A stretch of 35,411 bases of DNA from an uncultured archaeon (GTDB lineage: Archaea > Asgardarchaeota > Thorarchaeia > Thorarchaeales > Thorarchaeaceae), in assembly GCA_964631415.1 (NCBI GenBank), contig CAZVZC010000020.1, positions 1 to 35,411 of the forward strand. The letters are read 5' to 3'. Within the stretch, counting starts at the first letter, position 1. Each line of letters begins with the position of its first letter. A program made the position numbers and the translations under genes. Shown here in pieces: positions 10,047 to 19,338 of this stretch. The notes under the pieces are model-generated. The model was given only the letters and a program-made list of their open reading frames with translations, had not been told where the DNA came from and did not search any database.

Positions 10047-10786
10047 GCCGTAAGCACCTCTGATAGCGTCTTTCCGGACGGCATCTCCCATACATGACCG
10101 CCGTCTGGCAGGGCCACCCTTGCAGCGCCGGTCTGATGAAGCAGCAACCTAAGGCGGTCGAGCACGTCTGTAAAGAATCGGTTCCTATCATAAACGACAA
10201 CAGCGTCAATGGTCATGTCAAGATAGAGGGGTCTCAGCGCTGCTGCGTCTTCCATGTCCAGAGGGTACCATTGGATTGGAGAGTAGGCGCCCTCTGACAC
10301 CCAGAGATGGACGAGCAGTCGGCTTGTTTCCTCAGTGGCTGCTGTCAGTTCCTCAATTCTGGCCATGACTCGTTTCTTCCAATGCCCGACAATGACCAGT
10401 ACATCTATGTCAGACTCATTGGTGTAGTTTCCTCTTGCCATTGAACCAAAGACAACCACACTGACAAGACGATCGCCAAAGTGCTGCAACAAATCGGAAA
10501 CAATGCTCTTCAATGCAGAACCGTGTGTATTTCTCTCTAGCCTTCCGAACTGGATGGAGCCCGCCACTGATGCGGCTATGTATTCTGGACTCCAGACCCG
10601 GTATTGGCCTCGTTGCACTCTCGCCGCATAGCCCTGTCTAGCTAGCCTGCTCATGATGTTCAGGAGATATGATCTATCGACTGAGAGTGCCTGCTCAGCT
10701 TGATTAAGACTGAACTCCCGCGGGCCGAATGTCTGCCATAGCTTTGAGTAGGACTTCCCCAGCCATTCCGGAACCCAGAGTGTCAT
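10043..10786 (-). CDS. Winged-HTH fused minimal nucleotidyltransferase (MNT) antitoxin
   Basis: FGSMARG....ESDIDVLV gives the GSX10DXD motif. The N-terminal ~65 aa look like a wHTH (MSRLARQGY..RVQRGQY). Confidence 0.85.
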   Translation of the reverse strand: MTLWVPEWLGKSYSKLWQTFGPREFSLNQAEQALSVDRSYLLNIMSRLARQGYAARVQRGQYRVWSPEYIAASVAGSIQFGRLERNTHGSALKSIVSDLLQHFGDRLVSVVVFGSMARGNYTNESDIDVLVIVGHWKKRVMARIEELTAATEETSRLLVHLWVSEGAYSPIQWYPLDMEDAAALRPLYLDMTIDAVVVYDRNRFFTDVLDRLRLLLHQTGAARVALPDGGHVWEMPSGKTLSEVLTA

Positions 10787-10904
10787 AATACATCAATGGT
10801 TTATAATATACTAGCAGCATATTAACTTCACTGTCGTGCTCTTGCTCAGGAATGAGCCTGTTCGTCCATCGACTAGTGCACCGGCTCCGACAGAGAGCGG
10901 GCTG

Positions 10905-11750
10905 CTACTCGACATCAACAACTGCAGATATGCGGCGAACGGAGTCCTCGAAGTACTCGGTGTCATCGATTGTCAGTTCTATTGCCTTATTGGGACAGAC
11001 TTCAACACATCTGCCACAGCCTCGGCACTCCTCGCTTATGACCGCCCGGCCATTCACTAGAGAGATCGCATTGACGAAACAGCTGCCCTGAGTACATGTC
11101 CCGCAACCTTGGCATCTGTCTGTGACCTTCACATGGACGCCTGGCATGCTTGTGATCTTCCTGCCAATACCGGGGGTGAGATCTGGCAGAATCTTCCAAA
11201 GACAGCAACAAGGACAGCAATTGCAGACAGTGAGTAGCTTGTTGCCGGGTTGTGCGCCGAGCCACATAGAATCGAGCTTGTTGCGGCCAATGAGATGAAC
11301 GAGCCCCGCTTCCCGACACTTCTTAACATAGTCGAGCGCTTCTTCCTTCGTGACCCTGCGGCCCAACTGCGGGTTTATCCTGAGCGAGGCTTCTCCAAGA
11401 AAGAGGCAGCCGTACTCTATCGGGTAGTCCTTGCACTTGGAGGCATGCCTGCAGATGCAGAAGTTCATGATCCAATGGTAGTTTGCTTTCTTGATGAAGT
11501 GCTCCACAATCTGCGATGGCAGAACTGTCTCCACGGGCCGCTGAACCGATTTCTGAATGGGTATGGTCTTCTGGACCACAGAGTCCTTGGGAAGATAGAT
11601 TATGTCATCGTTCTCGAAGACCATCTTGTCAACTAGGCGACCCAGTAAGGGCACATGTGTCATGAGTGCTATCATGCGCCTGTTCGGGAACGTCTTTTCG
11701 AGGAGCGCTACGAACCAGAGAGGACGGGGCATAAGCACAGAACTGGTCAC
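10905..11750 (-). CDS. 4Fe-4S dicluster (ferredoxin-domain) protein
   Basis: CICR....C, GCL and CNCCPCCC motifs, then CQGCGTC....C and CRGCGRCVEVCP. Start may be the ATG at 11732. Confidence 0.85.
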   Translation of the reverse strand: MTSSVLMPRPLWFVALLEKTFPNRRMIALMTHVPLLGRLVDKMVFENDDIIYLPKDSVVQKTIPIQKSVQRPVETVLPSQIVEHFIKKANYHWIMNFCICRHASKCKDYPIEYGCLFLGEASLRINPQLGRRVTKEEALDYVKKCREAGLVHLIGRNKLDSMWLGAQPGNKLLTVCNCCPCCCLWKILPDLTPGIGRKITSMPGVHVKVTDRCQGCGTCTQGSCFVNAISLVNGRAVISEECRGCGRCVEVCPNKAIELTIDDTEYFEDSVRRISAVVDVE

Positions 11751-11937
11751 AAGCCACTGATATTACTATCGTACTAATGCTCGGCAATCGGCGTTGCAGG
11801 TTGGTGGCATCGTCAGACGTTGTCTTCTCTCCGCTAGCCAGACCGAAACCACGGGAGTTCATCTGAGAATACGGACACGAAACTGATTTAGCAGACGCAT
11901 CTGACTACTGTGAACGCCGGCTCAAAGAGGAATCAGG

Positions 11938-12744
11938 ATGAAGTGCTTCACGCTACACAGCTACAAAGGTGGCACAGGCAAGACTACTATTGCAGCCAAC
12001 CTCGCCGTGATACTCAGCCAGATGGGACGGAATGTGGCTCTCTTGGATCTGGATTTTCAAGCTCCAAGCTTGCACACACTCTTTGGTATAAGACCCCAAA
12101 CGACGTACATCAATGCCTATTTGGCGCAAGAGAAGTCCCCCAAGGAGGTGCTGGTTGATCTGGCCCCAAGTCTCAAGCTCAAAGGCAAGCTCTTGGTCGG
12201 CTTTTCGGACCCCAATGTGGAGGCAATAAGGTCGCAGTTGGCACGCGACCGCAAATGGCACATGCAGGCACTATCACAGCTTCTGAACCTCAAAGTGAGG
12301 TTGCAGGCTGAGGGAGCTGACTACATGATTCTTGATTCCGCGCCCGGAGTACACTACAGCAGCGTCAATGCAATAGTGCTTTCGGACTTCACTGTCATAG
12401 TGGCCAAGATTGACAATTTCGACTTTGACGGCACTGTGAATGTGCTTGACGGTCTCTATGCTCCTCTGAACAAACAGACACTCCTACTGTTCAACAAGGT
12501 CGTACCAGCGCTCCTCGAGGAACCCCGCTATTCACAGGTGCGAAAGACCATCGAAGACACTTTCAGTTCAAAGACCAAGCTCATGGGATTCATACCCTGC
12601 TATTGTGATATTGCACTGGGAATGGGCAGTGAGATTCACGCGCTCACTCAACCAAAGATAGCTTTCGTCCAGTCGCTGAGGAAGATGGCTACAATACTTG
12701 AGAAGTGGCCGGGACCGGAGGAGAGAACCAAGGGTGGTGCCTAA
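11938..12744 (+). CDS. MinD/ParA-family ATPase
   Basis: Deviant Walker A KGGTGKTT, LLDLD..AP, ILDSAPG, NKV. Confidence 0.9.
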   Translation: MKCFTLHSYKGGTGKTTIAANLAVILSQMGRNVALLDLDFQAPSLHTLFGIRPQTTYINAYLAQEKSPKEVLVDLAPSLKLKGKLLVGFSDPNVEAIRSQLARDRKWHMQALSQLLNLKVRLQAEGADYMILDSAPGVHYSSVNAIVLSDFTVIVAKIDNFDFDGTVNVLDGLYAPLNKQTLLLFNKVVPALLEEPRYSQVRKTIEDTFSSKTKLMGFIPCYCDIALGMGSEIHALTQPKIAFVQSLRKMATILEKWPGPEERTKGGA

Positions 12745-13355
12745 TGATCAGGGCAGTATACATCCTGATTGAAGGAGGCATCTGTATCTACAGCAGAGTG
12801 TACGACACGGCACTAGCCGACTCCATGCTGATGAGCAGTTTTGTTTCCGCCATCACTACGTTCAGTAGAGAAGCAATGGGCGATGAGCTGCGAGGGATTG
12901 AGTCCGGTGGCCATTTTCTATTCGTGGCTGACCATGACAAAATCTCCACGGTGATTGTCGCAGACAGCCCTGGTGAGGTAAGCTCCAGTGTGATGGACTA
13001 CATTGGTGTCAGTTTCCTGAGCATGTTCTCTGTCCTTCTTCAGCACCAGATGAGTGATATGTCAGTGTATCGCTCGTTTGATGAAGTCATCGACAGGATC
13101 ATTCCTCAGAAAGCAAACGCGGAGTCTAGGATCGATCCGCGAGAGCCTCTCGACGCTCTCAGCATCGTCGAGGTGCCGAGGTCGATCAGGGACGCAGCAC
13201 TCGTTCTTCTCCGTAGACAAAGCGTGCAAGCCCAGCAGGCCGCCAGGGAGCTGTCAATCGACATCAATGAAGCCGTAGAGAAGCTTGAGCAGCTAGTGAA
13301 GCTTGGCAAGGCCGGCCGCAGGGAAACGACAGAGGGAGTAGTCTACTTCATCTGA
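12744..13355 (+). CDS. Longin/roadblock-like N-terminal domain with C-terminal winged-helix
   Basis: ATG overlaps the MinD stop (TAATG). VYILIEGGICIYSR...D..LMSSFVSAI..FS.E..G..L..I resembles Asgard longin-like domains. AARELS......E.LE.LV..G is wHTH-like. Confidence 0.6.
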   Translation: MIRAVYILIEGGICIYSRVYDTALADSMLMSSFVSAITTFSREAMGDELRGIESGGHFLFVADHDKISTVIVADSPGEVSSSVMDYIGVSFLSMFSVLLQHQMSDMSVYRSFDEVIDRIIPQKANAESRIDPREPLDALSIVEVPRSIRDAALVLLRRQSVQAQQAARELSIDINEAVEKLEQLVKLGKAGRRETTEGVVYFI

Positions 13356-13412
13356 TTCTCCCACGTGCGATATATGCTCTGTCCTATTAGGCCAGACCCC
13401 CGGTTGGGTTCG

Positions 13413-13903
13413 ATGACAGTCAAGGACATACTGCTCCTTGGTGACCGTTCATTGTAAGTTGGACAGAGTTGGGCACAGGAGTCCTTGTCCTCCCAGAAAC
13501 GGCACTGGGGTCGTACTCCTTGAGGCAGGTCTGTGTCGAGTCAGCCTCAAAGAGATGTGTGGTTCGAGCTATTTAAGCCCCTACTCGAGAATGTCCAAGA
13601 TTGTCCAACTTCTACACAGCTGTTGCATACCCCTCACTCTGTAACAAGGGCCAGGATATGATGGAAATCTGGGACGATTGTATGAGCTTCCCGGACCTGC
13701 TTGTGAGGGTCTATCGCCACAGGCGATGCCGAATCGAGTTCAAGGGCATGAAATGGGAAAGCAAGTCACTGGACCTGAAGGATGACATGTCAGAGCTCCT
13801 TCAGCATGAATGTGATCACTTGGACGGTGTACTTGCTGTGTCAAGAGCCATTAACGGAAAGTCCTTTGCCCTCGCGAGCCAGAGGCACCTCCTGCAGAAG
13901 TGA
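13413..13903 (+). pseudogene. def: Peptide deformylase-like gene, interrupted
   Basis: MTVKDILLLGD(RSL*) from the ATG at 13413. The C-terminal half resumes near 13628 in another frame, with WDDCMSFP and ELLQHECDHLDG. The middle, including the AAPQ motif, is missing and replaced by the repeat element. Confidence 0.85.
13445..13632. mobile_element. ~180-bp non-coding repeat, copy 2, with imperfect terminal inverted repeats
   Basis: Left TGTAAGTTGGACAGAGTTGGGCAC (from 13453) versus right ATGTCCAAGATTGTCCAACTTCTACA (13591-13616), giving TGT...ACA ends. Homologous to 9426-9604. Confidence 0.65.
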
Positions 13904-14007
13904 CCGGTATGCGGGCAGTAGTCTATGTTGCTGGGGTTCGACTTCGTTAGCAATTCTCTTATGCAGTTTTGTCCTCATGCTGTAGCAGGCCAGTCGGGGT
14001 CTATTCC

Positions 14008-17000
14008 ATGAAGCGAACGAGCGTCCTTATCCTTCTGGGCATCATCTGCGGGACATCCATCGCGGCGGTTGTCTTGGGCTATAGCTGGTTTCTGAACCAG
14101 ATCATATATCAGCACACGTTTTCAAGTAAGGCAGGTGTAGACTACTGGGCGACTTGGACCCTTGGAAACCGACTCTTCACTGCCTCTGTTCTTCTGACGC
14201 TTCTGAGCATGATAACACTCCCTCAACGGTCGACGTTCGTTTCGTTCATCACGACAATATCTCAGATGGGCGGAACGGTCAAGCGCCTAGACCGGCCCTC
14301 GGCTGTGGCCTGGAGGGTACTCGAGGCCTGTGGTTTCTTCGTATTCTACGTTTCGACAGGTGGGTATTCGCTGACTGGTCAGAATGTAGCCTTTCTCTTG
14401 ATGATGCTGAATCTCGGCGCCATCTCGGTTTCTGCTGATGATGTCGCGACTTTGTTCGCGCTTCCCTTCGCCCCTGGCACGTCTGCGGAATCGATTCAGA
14501 GTCTCGTGCCAGCCATGGAGGCGTATCAGCTGTACATGGGACTGGTCGCGACCTTTCTCGCAGTGACTGTCGGTCGAATCGTCCTGAGCATTGCCACAGA
14601 CCTCTTTGCCCAGAAGAGAGACATTCTGGAGATACTCTCCAAGGCGCTACTCGCCGGTGCGCTGGTCATAGCGATTGAGATAATGGGAGTACCCTTGTGG
14701 ACTGTCAACGCAGGGACGTGGATGACGTATTTGGCGTGCATCATTGCCCTGGGATCCTGCATCGTGGGTTCGCTTGCTCTTTTCGCATTCCGCGTCCGCT
14801 CTGGTGATGTCCGGACCCGGATAAGAGGAAAGATAGCGCAGCTAGAGGAAGACCTAGCGCGGCTTCAAGGGGAGCTGCTGTCCCTTCGTCAGGAGTATGA
14901 GGGCGGAGCCGTTGGTGCAGAGGACTATCGACGCAGAGTCAACATGCTCATGGAGGACAGGTCCAGTATCGCAGGTGAACTCAGGCGTTTGAAGATCGAG
15001 AGGCTCATACCAATTGGCGGCTCACCTCGCAGGTTTGGACTGCTTGCAGTCGTGTTGATTGGAGTTGTTGTGATGCTCCCTGCAACGCAGGCATTCTATT
15101 ATGGCATCCAAATGGATGGTGACAAGTTCATCGAATGGAAGTTCAACCTTGAAACCCAGAAGGAGATTCAGTTGACAAGCTGGGCTGCTGGCACTCAGGG
15201 AATGAGTACCATGACCCTACACGATTTGACACTGAACGCAACGCCTGAGAGCGAGTTGGAGTTTCTGACAACAGTCCGTCAGTGGGACCAAGATGCGAGT
15301 TACCTTCGGATGAAGAACCAAATAGGTGCCAACTGGATGCAGCTGGCTGACTCTGATATTACGTTTCTCCGCGAACATGAGTACTGGCTTGCCCCACTGA
15401 CGCTCGACTACGACACTATCAGTACGAACTTCATCAACCAGCATCTGATTTACACGCACACAGAAGGTCTCGTTGTCCTCGATGCATATAGCGGCAACAT
15501 CATCGACAGCGACAACCTAGTCACGCTTCTCAACCGTAGTGAGGGTATAGGCACCTACTATGGGGAAGGATTGGGGTTTGACGGTGTCGTGTTCGTCAAT
15601 GTTCCCGGTTTTGACGAGGTCGGTAATGTCAGCTACCAAGGGCAGCCAGACTACACACTGAGAGGTTTCGAGTCATGGTTCTACATGCTCACAATGGGTC
15701 CTCAGGCGTGGTCCTTCCTTGGTCGTGACCTTAACATGCTCGCTGAAAGGGATGTCCTCTCGAGAGTCAGCAGGATACTGCTGCAGGGCTTGGTTGCTGA
15801 TTCGGACCCGTACATAGCGGTAGACCCTGTAGGCAATATCTACTACGCGGTATCAGTATATGCCGACTATAGGCTGGCCACATCCTATGCCCACGAGAAC
15901 TACATGCGATTCATGGGCGTTGTGCTTGTTGATGTAGGAACCGGTGTCATGGAATTCTACAGGTCTCCGACTGTGGACACAACATTCTTCATTGACAAGC
16001 TCTTCAGTGATTACTATCCTTGGCAGGAAACACCCTCTTGGCTTCAATCACAGATGAAGTGGCCCGAAGATCTGTACGAGCGTCAACTCAGTGTGGCCTA
16101 CACATATCATGTCACAAATGGCTTCATCTGGAGAAGCGGAGTAGACTTCCATTCTGCACCTGGGGAGTATGACACACGGTACATCATTATGCGAATCGCA
16201 GGGGTCGACCGATTCGTTGCCACGCACAATGTGGAGTTTCTCAACTCATACGGAAAGAACTTGGCAGGTCTCTATGTCATGGGTTGTGGTGACAGGAACT
16301 TCGGGCAGCTGACCTTCTATGGCTCGGGGGCTATCGGTGCTTCCGACTTCATCGGACCTGAGGCCGCGCGTCAGGCGTTTCTGACCAGCGATAACGTAAG
16401 GGATCAGCTGACACTCTGGGGCACTTTCAGGTACGGCAACATCCTGCTGTACCACCTTGGCGGAGAGGTGCTATTCGTGATTCCTGTCTTCCTTCAAGTG
16501 GAAACGACTGAGAACAGGGTGATTGAGAAGCTGGGCGGTGTGGGACTGGTCGATGCCGAAACAGGCTCCCATGTTGCGCTGGGTAGCAATGTGGTCGAGG
16601 CATACAGTCTGATGTTCGGGCTGCTGAACAAGACGATCGTTTCGGAGGGTGTGGTTGGGCTTGAGAGTGCGGTGTTCAGTCCTGCTACTGTCCAATCCGG
16701 TGCTCCGTCAGGGCTTGTCGCTCTCATGAGAAACAACGACAATGTGAGCCACAGCCTGTACCTCGATATGACCGTTAAAGCAGGCAACTTCTCGGTTCAG
16801 TGGCACGGGACAGAGGTGACCCCCACACTCTATCCCACGAACACCACATTCACTCTTGACATTGGTATGATTGGCTCTACTGATCTGTATGGCACTTCGC
16901 CGATGGTGACTGTGTATCTTCCTCCGGGGATTGTGTCTGCAACTTATCTGGTCACACTAGTGCTCAGGACAGAAGAAGGTGTGGTCGACCAGCTTAGCCT

Positions 17001-17022
17001 TTTCATGACAGTTGTCGTATAG
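14008..17022 (+). CDS. UPF0182-like large membrane protein
   Basis: Multi-TM N-terminal third, then a soluble domain with VRQWD, HLIYTH, YYGEG, DSDPY and G.L..Y, as seen in UPF0182. Start taken as the ATG at 14008. Confidence 0.7.
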   Translation: MKRTSVLILLGIICGTSIAAVVLGYSWFLNQIIYQHTFSSKAGVDYWATWTLGNRLFTASVLLTLLSMITLPQRSTFVSFITTISQMGGTVKRLDRPSAVAWRVLEACGFFVFYVSTGGYSLTGQNVAFLLMMLNLGAISVSADDVATLFALPFAPGTSAESIQSLVPAMEAYQLYMGLVATFLAVTVGRIVLSIATDLFAQKRDILEILSKALLAGALVIAIEIMGVPLWTVNAGTWMTYLACIIALGSCIVGSLALFAFRVRSGDVRTRIRGKIAQLEEDLARLQGELLSLRQEYEGGAVGAEDYRRRVNMLMEDRSSIAGELRRLKIERLIPIGGSPRRFGLLAVVLIGVVVMLPATQAFYYGIQMDGDKFIEWKFNLETQKEIQLTSWAAGTQGMSTMTLHDLTLNATPESELEFLTTVRQWDQDASYLRMKNQIGANWMQLADSDITFLREHEYWLAPLTLDYDTISTNFINQHLIYTHTEGLVVLDAYSGNIIDSDNLVTLLNRSEGIGTYYGEGLGFDGVVFVNVPGFDEVGNVSYQGQPDYTLRGFESWFYMLTMGPQAWSFLGRDLNMLAERDVLSRVSRILLQGLVADSDPYIAVDPVGNIYYAVSVYADYRLATSYAHENYMRFMGVVLVDVGTGVMEFYRSPTVDTTFFIDKLFSDYYPWQETPSWLQSQMKWPEDLYERQLSVAYTYHVTNGFIWRSGVDFHSAPGEYDTRYIIMRIAGVDRFVATHNVEFLNSYGKNLAGLYVMGCGDRNFGQLTFYGSGAIGASDFIGPEAARQAFLTSDNVRDQLTLWGTFRYGNILLYHLGGEVLFVIPVFLQVETTENRVIEKLGGVGLVDAETGSHVALGSNVVEAYSLMFGLLNKTIVSEGVVGLESAVFSPATVQSGAPSGLVALMRNNDNVSHSLYLDMTVKAGNFSVQWHGTEVTPTLYPTNTTFTLDIGMIGSTDLYGTSPMVTVYLPPGIVSATYLVTLVLRTEEGVVDQLSLFMTVVV

Positions 17023-17025
17023 GAA

Positions 17026-17973
17026 TCAGACGGCCGCCTGGCGGTACCAGTCGATAGTGCGGCTCAGGCCCTCGTTTAGTCCAACTCGGGGGGTGAAACC
17101 CAAGACCCTGGCGGCTTTCTTCATAGTGCCGATGCTCTCCAGTACGTCGCCTTTCCGGGGTGGCATATGGACTATCTTAGAGGTTGAACCAGCCATGGCC
17201 TTGATCCTATGCGCTAGGTCGAGAACGCTAATCAAATCTGTCCCAGAGATGTTAATCGTCTGCCCTTTCGCTTTCGGCGACTGAGCCGCAGCATAAGTTG
17301 CCTCTACTACGTCATCTACGTAGATGAAGCTTCTAGTTTGGCTACCATCGCCCTCCACGGTAATTGACTGGTTATTGAGCGCTTGGTTGATGAATATCGA
17401 AATCACGCCACTGTATGCCGAGTAGGCCTGCCGCGGCCCGTACACGTTGAAGTACCGCAGAATGACCGGCTCTATGCCATGGATGTTACCATAGGCCTTG
17501 AAGTAGGACTCCGCAGATATCTTGGACGCCGCATAGGGGCTGAGAGGATTGAGCACACTCTCCTCAGTGACTGGCAGTCGGGTTGGATTTCCATAGACGG
17601 CAGCGCTTGAACTCAGGACGGCTCGTTTCGCGTTTCTCATCCTCGCTAGCTCTAGCACATTCAGAGCTGACGTGACATTGCTATTGTGGACAATGAGGGG
17701 GTTCTCGACTGAGAGCGCCACTGATGATATTGCGGCTAGATGGAAGACCGCGTCAATGTCACCCTTGATGCTCTGCACCGCCTCCGGATCGCATACGTCC
17801 ATCTCTAGGTACTTGAAGTGTGGGTGCGACCTCGCCTGCTCCATGTTGCCAGTCGTGCCTGTGCGAAGGTTATCGACACCAATCACTCTGACCCCATTCT
17901 TGAGAAGGAGGTCGACCAAGTGGCTTCCAATGAAGCCCGCACAACCCGTGACAAGAGCGGTCTGAATCGTCAT
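17026..17973 (-). CDS. NAD-dependent nucleotide-sugar epimerase/dehydratase (GalE/WbpP-like)
   Basis: [40 protein letters not shown]. Confidence 0.92.
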   Translation of the reverse strand: MTIQTALVTGCAGFIGSHLVDLLLKNGVRVIGVDNLRTGTTGNMEQARSHPHFKYLEMDVCDPEAVQSIKGDIDAVFHLAAISSVALSVENPLIVHNSNVTSALNVLELARMRNAKRAVLSSSAAVYGNPTRLPVTEESVLNPLSPYAASKISAESYFKAYGNIHGIEPVILRYFNVYGPRQAYSAYSGVISIFINQALNNQSITVEGDGSQTRSFIYVDDVVEATYAAAQSPKAKGQTINISGTDLISVLDLAHRIKAMAGSTSKIVHMPPRKGDVLESIGTMKKAARVLGFTPRVGLNEGLSRTIDWYRQAAV

Positions 17974-18128
17974 CTGAAGTCTGGCTAGCAGTTGTGGTAC
18001 CTGCTATATCCTTTTCCGCTCTGTCTCTAGTCGATGGATGCACTGCGCCCAGTTGTGAAACCTTCAGAGCACAGTGCCAAACGGATTTGTACTCGATATG
18101 CTTTGACCTCGTTAGGAGACATATTCAG

Positions 18129-19328
18129 ATGCCAAGCCCGCATTTCGATGTCGCTGTGGTGGGTGCAGGTCCAGCTGGATCCACAGCTGGGAGAGTGACA
18201 GCGGGCAATGGCCTCAAAACGGTGGTCTTTGAGCGGCGCGCGAGTGTTGGCGTTCCCGTTCAGTGCGGGGAGTTTCTTCCTGCTCCGAAAGAAATGGCGG
18301 ACCTGTTCCCGAAGTCGTCACGTGGGCCTCGACTTGTGAGAGTACCTGAGCGCTTTGTCACGAACGCATGTTCTCGGATTCGTCTTGTTTCCCCACGCTG
18401 CAGGCAGTTTGAGTTCAGTTTTGAGGGTCAGGTCCTCAATCGTGCAGAGTATGACCAATGGCTTGCCAAGGAAGCGGAGGTGTCAGGTGCGGAGATTCGG
18501 GTGAGGTCGACAGTTGTTGGCATGGCTGGCCCCAATGAAATCGTCGTCAAAGACAAGATGGGTACGCACAATGTAACGGCAGATGTGATCGTGGGTGCCG
18601 ACGGTCCTCGGTCTCGAATTGGACACTCGCTGGGGGCCGCCTACATGACCAAGCCCCAGGACCTCAGCATCTCAATGCAATATGTGATGACAGGTGTGAA
18701 ATGCGACCCTGGCGTGGTTGAGATGTACTTCGGTGGGATGGTCGCTCCGGGCGGGTATGCTTGGATCATTCCCAAGGGTGGTTCAACTGCGAATGTGGGA
18801 CTTGGCCTTCGGCGGGCCTTCGCATCACCCGATGTTCGTCTAAGAGAGTACCTCGACCGCTTCGTGCGGCATCATCCGCTGGCTAAGCTACGCACAAGGG
18901 ATGCCAAGGCAGTGAGTAGCGTTGGTGCCCTAATACCCATGGGAGGACCCCTTCAAAGGACTTGGTCCGACACTACTGTACTCGTGGGCGATGCTGCAGG
19001 GCATGTGATGGCCTCCAATGGTGGCGGCATACCAACAGCTCTCATTGGCGGCGAAATCGCAGGTGAGACCATAACCAGATGCGCGGCGGGAGAGTCTCCT
19101 CTCTCATTGTATGAGGACACGTGGAAGAGAGAGATGGGCAACGAGCTTGCTACGGCGCTCACCACACTTCGCATCGCAGACCAGGTAATGCCATCAGACA
19201 GCCTGACCGATCTCTGCATGCGCATGGCAGGCGTGCGCTACCTCGAGCCTCTCATCCGCTGTCGTCTTCCTCTGCCAGTCAGTCTGGCCGCAAACAGCTT
19301 TGTAAGAGTGCTTGAGTGTCTCCTATGA
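18129..19328 (+). CDS. Geranylgeranyl reductase family flavoprotein
   Basis: DVAVVGAGPAG, PVQCGE, VGADG..S, PGGYAWIIPK, GDAAG....NGGGI. ATG at 18129 with AGGAGA upstream. Confidence 0.88.
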   Translation: MPSPHFDVAVVGAGPAGSTAGRVTAGNGLKTVVFERRASVGVPVQCGEFLPAPKEMADLFPKSSRGPRLVRVPERFVTNACSRIRLVSPRCRQFEFSFEGQVLNRAEYDQWLAKEAEVSGAEIRVRSTVVGMAGPNEIVVKDKMGTHNVTADVIVGADGPRSRIGHSLGAAYMTKPQDLSISMQYVMTGVKCDPGVVEMYFGGMVAPGGYAWIIPKGGSTANVGLGLRRAFASPDVRLREYLDRFVRHHPLAKLRTRDAKAVSSVGALIPMGGPLQRTWSDTTVLVGDAAGHVMASNGGGIPTALIGGEIAGETITRCAAGESPLSLYEDTWKREMGNELATALTTLRIADQVMPSDSLTDLCMRMAGVRYLEPLIRCRLPLPVSLAANSFVRVLECLL

Positions 19329-19338
19329 TTGTCAGAAT

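Noticed and set aside
9426-13632. CRISPR array or tRNA
   Set aside because: Only two long copies 4 kb apart, with no repeat-spacer periodicity and no cloverleaf or T-loop consensus.
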